Shown here: positions 25,855-32,000 of the stretch, piece after piece
Layout of the letters: each line of letters starts with the position of its first letter
Position numbering within the stretch: position 1 is the stretch's first letter
From: Clostridia bacterium
GTDB lineage: Bacteria > Bacillota > DTU025
DNA: 32,000 bases
NCBI GenBank assembly: GCA_034926675.1
Contig: JAYFQW010000081.1
Span: forward strand, 1-32,000
Direction of reading: 5' to 3'
Program-made: the position numbers and the translations under genes
Notes under the pieces: generated by a model
Told to the model about the DNA's origin: nothing
The model's database searches: none
What the model saw: the letters and a program-made list of their open reading frames with translations, nothing else

Positions 25855-28800
25855 TTGATGAAGAAGTTCCTAGCTGTCCTCCTCACGACCGTCCTGGTAG
25901 TCGCCTTGGCGGTGCCTGCGTTCGCAGGTCCCTACAAGGATTTGGCGGACAACCACTGGGCGGCTGACGCGGTGAGGATGCTTACTGCCCTCGGGGTGAT
26001 CACCGGCTACCCTGACGGGACCTTCAAGGGCACTCAGAGCGCTAACAGGTATGAGGTCGCCGCTATGGTGGCCCGGGCGCTCGAGTACCTCGACAAGGAC
26101 ATCGCCGCAAGAATGACCGAGCTTGAGGCGAGGCTCAGGAAAGACGCTCCAGCTGGATCCGGCCCCGTGGCGGTCGTGACTATCCCAACGAATCCGGAGA
26201 AGCAGGTGGTGCTGCAGCCATCGTCTCAGCCGGACTCCACGATTCTCGAGACTATTATCGCGGAGAAGATCGCTGGTATGACCGATGCGCAGTGGGCGGA
26301 GTTCGACAGCAGGTTGTCTGCGCTATACGCGCGGGTGAACGATCTGTCGGACGACAATCTAGCAGCCCATGCGGCGGTTCGCGCCGACATCGACTCGATC
26401 AAGGCAGCTCTGGCGATGCGCCAGGCTGATGGGACGATACCTGGGATCGAGGTCCACACTGTGTCAGTTTCCGATCCTGAGGTGAAAGCCGCTATTGAGC
26501 AGACTGCGGGTCAGCTCGGGGGAAGAATCGCTGTCCTAGAGGCGCAGATGCCCGGCATCTCCAAAGCCATGAACGACGCTGCCGCGAAGACCAGCACAGG
26601 CTGGGAAGATGCGGTCAAGAGGCTTGAGGAGAGAGTCGCCGCACTTGAGGCCCTCAATATGGATCCCAAGGCGTACGATGCCGCTATCAGCAAGGCCGCA
26701 GCCGAGGAAGTCGCCAAGGCCGTGGCCGAGGATAAGGCAGTTGTGGCGGCCCTTTCGGCTAACCTCGATAAGCTTGGCAAGGAGCACATTGCTGATCTTG
26801 CCGCTCGAGAGAAGGCCGTGGAGGACCTGCTCGCGGTACATACCCTCGCAGAGGAGCGCGCGCGCATAGACGCCCTGGCTGCTCTCAGCGCTGAGAATGA
26901 GACTGCCCTCGCTGAGCAGCAGGCTGCTATCACGATGACCTTCTATGATGCTCTCGCTGCTGAGCGAGACGAGCGCGAGAAGGCCATGGAGAAACTCCAG
27001 TCCGCGCAGGCAGGGAAACTGACTGCGGAGATTGACGGTCTCGCTAAGTCGTTCAGAGGTTCTCTCGATGTTGAGAAGAGCGAAAGGGACAAGGCCGTAG
27101 CTGAGCTGGCGGCCAAGTTCGAGCTTCAGCTGGCGGAGAGAACCAAGGCGACCCTCAGCGAGGTCTACGCGAGGCTCGCTGAACTCGCTCAGATGTGCGA
27201 CAAGTTCGACGCAGCCAAGGCCGACCAGGATGCGGCCATCGCAGAACTGGCCTCGAACGTGGAGATTGCCCTGTCTCAGCAGAATGCTGAGCTTGCGGTG
27301 ACGTTCTACGATGCGCTTGACGCGGCGAAGGAAGAGAACGCCGCAGCCCTTGCCAAACTCTCCGAAGAGCAAGACTTGGCCCTATCGGAGCAGAATGCGT
27401 CACTTATGGTGGCATTCTACGATGCGCTCTACGCTGAGAAGGATGAGCGGGAAAAGGCCATTGAGAGGCTGACTTCCGATTTCGACCTTGCTCTATCGGA
27501 GCAGAATGCGTCACTGATGCTGGCGTTCTACGATGCTCTCTACGCCGAGAAGGATGAGCGGGAAAAGGCCATTGAGAGGCTGACTTCCGATTTCGACCTT
27601 GCTCTCGGTGAGCAGAACGCGTATCTCATGTGCGAACTGTACGATGGCATCTGGGCTGCGAAGGAAGAGGTATACGCATCCATCGACAAGCTAGATGCGA
27701 AGATCCTCGGAGTCATGGCCGCTATCGATGCTCTGAAGAGTGAGTTCGGCCGTGAACTCGCTGCCCTCGGGGTCCGGGTGACCGCACTCGAGGATCAGCT
27801 TGCCGGGGCCAAGACCGAGATCGCGGTGCTTAGCGCGGCAGTTTCGGAGAACGAGAAGGCCATCGAAGAGGTCCGCGGGCAGGCGGCTGCGATAGACACC
27901 CGCCTCGTTGCGGAGGAACAGGCCTCAATCGGCATGAAGGCCGACATCGAGACCCTCAAGGCTCTCGCGGCACAGAATGCCAAGGACATTGCCGACATGT
28001 ACTACAAGGTCGAGTCCACGGTGTCAGCCATCGAAGCGAAAGACGCTGAGCAGGACGTGGAGATTGGCAAGCTCAAGCAGAAGGACCTTTCGCTAGACAC
28101 CCAGATAGCTAACATATGGACGGATCTGAATCGGGTGCGCTTCACTGGCGCCGATGAGGTGAAATTCCTCGACATCGACCTGAAGGGCGCGCCTGGCGCT
28201 GTGTTCTACAAGGATCCGTACGCTCCGTCGGCCGATCCGAACAAGCAGTATCAGCCCACATCGAAGCTTCAAAACGAGCTGAAGCTGGCGCTCAATATCA
28301 AGCCTGAGAAGGGCGTAGATGTGTCGGTTGGCATTACCGCTGTGACCGACGTATTCGGCGCTGCTCATCAGACGGTTGGGCTCTTCAATGGCGACCTGGA
28401 TCTCGCCATCACGACTCCGTCCTCGAAGACGAAGATCGTTGCGGGCGAGCTCGCGAGGCCAGCCAATTATACCAAGTATCAGATCGGAGCTGTCAAGTTC
28501 GCTGATGCCAAGATTGAGGGCATCGGAGCGAACACCACGCTCGGCGGCTTGAATGCCACTGCGACCATAGCGAAGATCGCCGATCCTGACCTGGCGGTCG
28601 GCGGCTATCAGCACCTGATGGGCGCTAGCGCGAGCTACCAGGCCACCGACATGCTGAAACTTGGTGCAAGGTGGTTCCGTATTGTTGACGACCCGCTGTC
28701 GGGCGACACGACACTCGATAAGCTGGAGGATGTGTACGGAGGAGACTTCACGCTGAGGCTTGGCGATGCATGGACTGCCGGCGGAGAGCTGTCTGTCTGG

Positions 28801-29757
28801 GCAAACAAGACCATGGCGACGCCGGCTGCCGCGTACAAACTGCAGACAGACGCCAAGTTCGGAATCCTGGCGATCAATGGCTCTGTTGAGCAGGTTGCTG
28901 CGGGATATGCTCCGAAGTACATGGAGACCGCTGATGATGAGGATGCAGACTACGTGAAGGCAGACACAAGTGTGGCGAGGCTCTCAGTCACCACCGACCC
29001 GATCAAGGGGGTCATCCTTTCGGCCGGCGCGGTCAAAGAGGGAGATGAGGGATACATCGCTGCGGATAAGACCACGTTGACTGCAGACGCCAAGTACGGG
29101 CTTAGGCTAGCTATCGCCGATGTCACTCTGAAGGGCGGAGTGAAGCAGGTGAACGTTGTGAAGCCGACGCCTGTCTCTATGGGTACAACCACCAGCCTGG
29201 GCTTCGATGCCACGATCAAACCAGCCAACTTCGGGTTCACATGGGAACACGATGTTGAGGCAAACGACAACGCCTACGTTGCATACGCCAACGCAGAGGT
29301 TCCAGTTGGCGGCGATGCGCTGGTCCTGAAGGGCTCATGGGAACAGGGATTCGGCTACAAGGACTACTACAAGTACAACGCTGGAGCCGACATGAAACTT
29401 GCTCTTGTGAAGGACGTTGCGACCTTCGGCGCAGGCGCCTCATACGGAAGAACCTATGGAACATCCGATGATGACAAGAACTACTCCAGAATGCAGGTTG
29501 GCGCCAATCTCGATTGGAAGCTAGCCAGTTCGACTACTCTGACTGGAAAGGCGTCGTACGAGTCTCGTGCCTACGACAACGGCGTGAAACCCTCAGGCGA
29601 CTACTTCCAGTACGGACTCGCTCTTGCTCAATCGCTCTACAAGTCCACAACCCTGAGCATCAAGTACGATGTCAAGGACGTCTACTATGTGCCAGCGACA
29701 GGGTATCGGGACTACGGCGCGAGGATAGTCGACCTGTCCTTGAAGACTGCATTCTAA
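25855..29757 (+). CDS. SLH-domain outer-membrane protein with a very long coiled coil and C-terminal beta-barrel (OmpM/Omp-alpha-like architecture)
   Basis: Signal peptide; SLH GPYKDLADNHWAADAVRMLTALGVITGYPDGTFKGTQSANRYEVAAMVARALEYL; ~670 aa of charged heptad-like sequence with tandem repeats; beta-rich C-terminal region ending in LSLKTAF. GGGGGG-type RBS upstream. Confidence 0.9.
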   Translation: MMKKFLAVLLTTVLVVALAVPAFAGPYKDLADNHWAADAVRMLTALGVITGYPDGTFKGTQSANRYEVAAMVARALEYLDKDIAARMTELEARLRKDAPAGSGPVAVVTIPTNPEKQVVLQPSSQPDSTILETIIAEKIAGMTDAQWAEFDSRLSALYARVNDLSDDNLAAHAAVRADIDSIKAALAMRQADGTIPGIEVHTVSVSDPEVKAAIEQTAGQLGGRIAVLEAQMPGISKAMNDAAAKTSTGWEDAVKRLEERVAALEALNMDPKAYDAAISKAAAEEVAKAVAEDKAVVAALSANLDKLGKEHIADLAAREKAVEDLLAVHTLAEERARIDALAALSAENETALAEQQAAITMTFYDALAAERDEREKAMEKLQSAQAGKLTAEIDGLAKSFRGSLDVEKSERDKAVAELAAKFELQLAERTKATLSEVYARLAELAQMCDKFDAAKADQDAAIAELASNVEIALSQQNAELAVTFYDALDAAKEENAAALAKLSEEQDLALSEQNASLMVAFYDALYAEKDEREKAIERLTSDFDLALSEQNASLMLAFYDALYAEKDEREKAIERLTSDFDLALGEQNAYLMCELYDGIWAAKEEVYASIDKLDAKILGVMAAIDALKSEFGRELAALGVRVTALEDQLAGAKTEIAVLSAAVSENEKAIEEVRGQAAAIDTRLVAEEQASIGMKADIETLKALAAQNAKDIADMYYKVESTVSAIEAKDAEQDVEIGKLKQKDLSLDTQIANIWTDLNRVRFTGADEVKFLDIDLKGAPGAVFYKDPYAPSADPNKQYQPTSKLQNELKLALNIKPEKGVDVSVGITAVTDVFGAAHQTVGLFNGDLDLAITTPSSKTKIVAGELARPANYTKYQIGAVKFADAKIEGIGANTTLGGLNATATIAKIADPDLAVGGYQHLMGASASYQATDMLKLGARWFRIVDDPLSGDTTLDKLEDVYGGDFTLRLGDAWTAGGELSVWANKTMATPAAAYKLQTDAKFGILAINGSVEQVAAGYAPKYMETADDEDADYVKADTSVARLSVTTDPIKGVILSAGAVKEGDEGYIAADKTTLTADAKYGLRLAIADVTLKGGVKQVNVVKPTPVSMGTTTSLGFDATIKPANFGFTWEHDVEANDNAYVAYANAEVPVGGDALVLKGSWEQGFGYKDYYKYNAGADMKLALVKDVATFGAGASYGRTYGTSDDDKNYSRMQVGANLDWKLASSTTLTGKASYESRAYDNGVKPSGDYFQYGLALAQSLYKSTTLSIKYDVKDVYYVPATGYRDYGARIVDLSLKTAF
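27376..27597 (+). repeat. Two near-identical 111-bp (37-aa) tandem units inside the coiled-coil region, plus degenerate flanking copies
   Basis: LALSEQNASLMVAFYDALYAEKDEREKAIERLTSDFD (27376-27486), then LALSEQNASLMLAFYDALYAEKDEREKAIERLTSDFD (27487-27597), then a degenerate LALGEQNAYLMCELYDGIWAAKEEVYASIDKL. Upstream relatives: IALSQQNAELAVTFYDALDAAKEEN and ALAEQQAAITMTFYDALAAERDEREKAMEKL. Confidence 0.9.
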
Positions 29758-29772
29758 GGGGATAGCGGAGCA

Positions 29773-29810
29773 GCCCCGGGGAAGGCATGCCTTCCCCGGG
29801 GCATTTCGTT
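29773..29810 (+). terminator. Strong terminator: 30-nt perfect palindrome downstream of the SLH barrel gene
   Basis: GCCCCGGGGAAGGCATGCCTTCCCCGGGGC (29773-29802) is a perfect palindrome, followed by ATTTCGTT. It lies 16 nt after the stop at 29757. Confidence 0.75.
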
Positions 29811-29845
29811 ATGGTGGAGGAGACTGTGGAAGTGGGATTCTGGGG

Positions 29846-30256
29846 GTGGCGCGAATGGATGAAGGGCTGGTTGTGGCAGTGGACCCCGGAAGGGAAAAGG
29901 CGGGAATAGCGGTGTGCTCCCGGGAGCGCGGAACCATTGCCAAGTGCGTGGTTCCGGCTGCTGATTGTGTCAGCCGAGTCTATCAACTCGCAGTGGAGCA
30001 CGGTGCACGGGTAGTAGTGGTTGGCGACAGAACCGGCTCAACCCTCATGGTCGAGGCCCTTTCTGATCGGCGGGATCTGGTTGTTGCGGTTGTAGATGAG
30101 CACCGGTCATCCATGGAAGCACGCGAACGCTATCTGCGAGACCATCCAGGACGTGGGCTGGCAAGGCTCCTGCCGAACGGGCTCAGGACCCCTTCCGAGC
30201 CATACGATGACTACGTGGCCGAGATCCTTGCTGCCAGATACTTCGAGCAAGTGTAG
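29846..30256 (+). CDS. YqgF/RuvX-like putative resolvase / pre-16S rRNA nuclease family protein
   Basis: VVAVDPGREKAGIAVCSRERG (RNase H-like first strand, DPGxxKxGxAV), VVVVGDRTGS, and VVDEHRSSMEARERYLRDHP. Confidence 0.65.
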   Translation: MARMDEGLVVAVDPGREKAGIAVCSRERGTIAKCVVPAADCVSRVYQLAVEHGARVVVVGDRTGSTLMVEALSDRRDLVVAVVDEHRSSMEARERYLRDHPGRGLARLLPNGLRTPSEPYDDYVAEILAARYFEQV

Positions 30257-30329
30257 TCGGGAAGGAATCGGGCCTGCGGCGAAGAATATATACTGGACGA
30301 ATGCGTGCACGAATGGAGGTGGAAGGCGC

Positions 30330-31847
30330 ATGCGCAGCCAGTTTGCTGCCTGGACCAGTAGAATCTCGGTGATCCTGGCAGCTGCTGTCATTGTTGTCTC
30401 TCTCTCCGTCTGCATTCAGGCGTCGTCCCCTCTGGTATTGCCCGGCGACTGGCGGTACCGCGCCATCGCTGAACTCGCTGCGGGTGGTCTAGTTGATCCA
30501 GAAGACGCGGTCGTGTACGCCAGCAGTACGCCTATTCCCGTCGACAGACTGGCGACCAGCGTTCATAGGCTGGCCCAGAGGCTTCAAGCGCAGGTCAGGA
30601 ACGCTAACGCGATCTCAGACGGGGCCAGAGCAGGGGAATCCCAGCCGTTGCTTCTGTACGGAGTCGAACAGATGGGGGTGGCCGCTTCTTCAAGCTCCAC
30701 TTGGGCTGAGCCTGTTCTCACTGGGCGTCAAGCCAACCTCATCTCCGATCTGATGTGGGAATTCGGCCTCTCGTCGGAGGGGCGAGTTGGTAGGATACTC
30801 GGCCTTTCCGACCTTTTCCTGACGGAGGAAGTTGGGCTCATTCTCAATCCTCTGCAGGCTTTCGCGCATGGCCAGTCCGGTGTTCAGCCTTTGGCGCTTC
30901 GCGGCGACTCCATTGCCGAGCACCGGCAGGCCTTCGCGGGCCCAACTCAGGCAGCAGAGTTTGCCGACCTGGAGGCCCTTCTTCGAAAGACCATCGATAG
31001 CGGTGACGACAAGCCTGGAAAGCAGGTTCAAATAGGAGTGCCGAGCCCAATAGGCACGCTGTCGGTTGAGCTGTCGAGCCAGGCTGCGAGCCGTCCTCAG
31101 CAGCCCCAATCTCAGCAACCCAAGGCTGAGGAGCCTCCGCCGGCAACAGGATTCGATCTGTCAACGAGTGTGCAGCTGTCCGATGTGCTGAATGTCAGTG
31201 CGCAGTTCTTTGCTGACGACAAGTCCCGCGAGAAGGCCACATCCACATCGGTTGGGGTATCCATAGGCGAGAAGGACGGTGCAGGGCTGACGGTTGGGCA
31301 CCGTGTCACTGATGTCGGAACGCCGGCCGACCTCGCAGGCAGGCGCGAGACGTACACATCGGTGGATGTGAAGTACTCGCTGCCCGATGTGGCCAGTGCC
31401 GTCGGTGTTCCTGCGGCCTCTGATTCACTGACAGTTCGGGCAGGCTATGAGCTGTATGGGCGGGAGCCCCACTTGATTGGGGCGGAGCAGAACAGCTTTC
31501 AGGCGACCATGTCGCTGGGCATCGATTACAAGCTCCTCCTTGGCGACTCTGCCTTTCTGCAGGCAGGATACAGGTATGAGAGGGTTCGCGATCTGATTTC
31601 GTCGGGCGCTGTATGGACCAAGTCCGGCCTGTATGACGAAGGAGGCTTCTCCAGCTGGCTTGGGCAGGAGTCACTGAAGCTTCAAGGGTCCAACGCGACC
31701 AGGACCATCGCCTCCATCGACTTCGGGTACAGGCTCATGGAGAACTCATCGGTCAACGTGGGCTACAAGCTCATCGACTTTGCAGACCTGGGCGTGCTCG
31801 AGCTAAATAAGAACCTGGCGACCGCCGGAGTCAGCATCAAATTCTAG
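30330..31847 (+). CDS. Outer-membrane beta-barrel protein with divergent SLH-like N-terminal domain
   Basis: ATG 30330 preceded by GGAGGTGGAAGG; signal peptide; GDWRYRAIAELAAGGLVDPEDAVVYASSTPIPVDRLATSVHRLAQRL; linker rich in Q/P; alternating beta-rich C-terminal half ending in GVSIKF. Confidence 0.7.
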   Translation: MRSQFAAWTSRISVILAAAVIVVSLSVCIQASSPLVLPGDWRYRAIAELAAGGLVDPEDAVVYASSTPIPVDRLATSVHRLAQRLQAQVRNANAISDGARAGESQPLLLYGVEQMGVAASSSSTWAEPVLTGRQANLISDLMWEFGLSSEGRVGRILGLSDLFLTEEVGLILNPLQAFAHGQSGVQPLALRGDSIAEHRQAFAGPTQAAEFADLEALLRKTIDSGDDKPGKQVQIGVPSPIGTLSVELSSQAASRPQQPQSQQPKAEEPPPATGFDLSTSVQLSDVLNVSAQFFADDKSREKATSTSVGVSIGEKDGAGLTVGHRVTDVGTPADLAGRRETYTSVDVKYSLPDVASAVGVPAASDSLTVRAGYELYGREPHLIGAEQNSFQATMSLGIDYKLLLGDSAFLQAGYRYERVRDLISSGAVWTKSGLYDEGGFSSWLGQESLKLQGSNATRTIASIDFGYRLMENSSVNVGYKLIDFADLGVLELNKNLATAGVSIKF

Positions 31848-31888
31848 GGGGGTGGCCCCCTGGCGTAGTAGAACAGGGAGGTAGCCTG

Positions 31889-32000
31889 ATGAGAGTTTCG
31901 AGAGTGGGATTCGCAGTACTCGTTTGCGCAATCGCAGTATTGATCGCGGCTGGCCCAGGCCGGTGCGCCGAGGTCGTCGTTAGCCCTGTTGAACGACTGA
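31889..32000 (+). CDS. Start of an exported protein, truncated by window edge
   Basis: AGGGAGGT RBS then ATG at 31889: MRVSRVGFAVLVCAIAVLIAAGPGRCAEVVVSPVERL..., a signal-peptide-like N-terminus with no stop before 32000. Not in the ORF track. Confidence 0.6.
   Translation, partial: MRVSRVGFAVLVCAIAVLIAAGPGRCAEVVVSPVERL

Noticed and set aside
26536-27372. 278-aa minus-strand ORF opposite the coiled-coil region
   Set aside because: Generated by the repetitive heptad codon pattern of the sense gene (Leu/Gly-rich mirror); no independent signals.
30096-30329. Upstream extension of the final barrel ORF
   Set aside because: It overlaps the YqgF-like gene out of frame. ATG 30330 has a strong SD and begins a signal peptide.
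1-32000. CRISPR arrays, tRNA/rRNA genes, transposases
   Set aside because: No regularly spaced short repeats, conserved rRNA segments, tRNA T-arm patterns or transposase motifs were recognised by eye. The only tandem repeats are the coding 111-bp units.

Overview
This is a GC-rich chromosomal window from what looks like a spore-forming diderm member of the Bacillota. That lineage is my inference; I could not run a taxonomic search. The left end (1-1903) is an eroded accessory remnant: an out-of-frame YD/RHS-repeat fragment abuts a frameshifted secretin (GspD/PilQ-like) pseudogene. Next comes a sporulation/cell-shape block on the + strand: spoIID, a SpoIIQ-like LytM protein lacking the usual zinc ligands, spoIIID, mreB/mbl, and an S55 (SpoIVB-type) peptidase-domain protein. 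A single minus-strand NAD-dependent epimerase/reductase (7506-8543) follows. From ~8.8 kb to the end there is a near-continuous + strand outer-membrane biogenesis locus: TamB-like, BamA, OmpH/Skp, a PorV/FadL-like barrel, an LptF/G-type permease continuous in frame with an LptD/OstA-like region, LptC, LptA, an unusual ABC permease with a large extracytoplasmic coiled-coil domain plus its ATPase, an LpxB-like glycosyltransferase, LptB, a DUF3084-like coiled-coil protein, a 1300-aa SLH/coiled-coil/beta-barrel protein, a YqgF-like nuclease, and another barrel with a cryptic SLH-like N-terminus. The best candidates for something undescribed are: (a) the 739-aa permease plus GlnQ-like ATPase embedded among lpt genes, (b) the LptF-LptD continuous ORF with an internal signal-peptide-like junction, and (c) the very long SLH-anchored coiled-coil barrel protein. 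No rRNA, tRNA or CRISPR was recognised.
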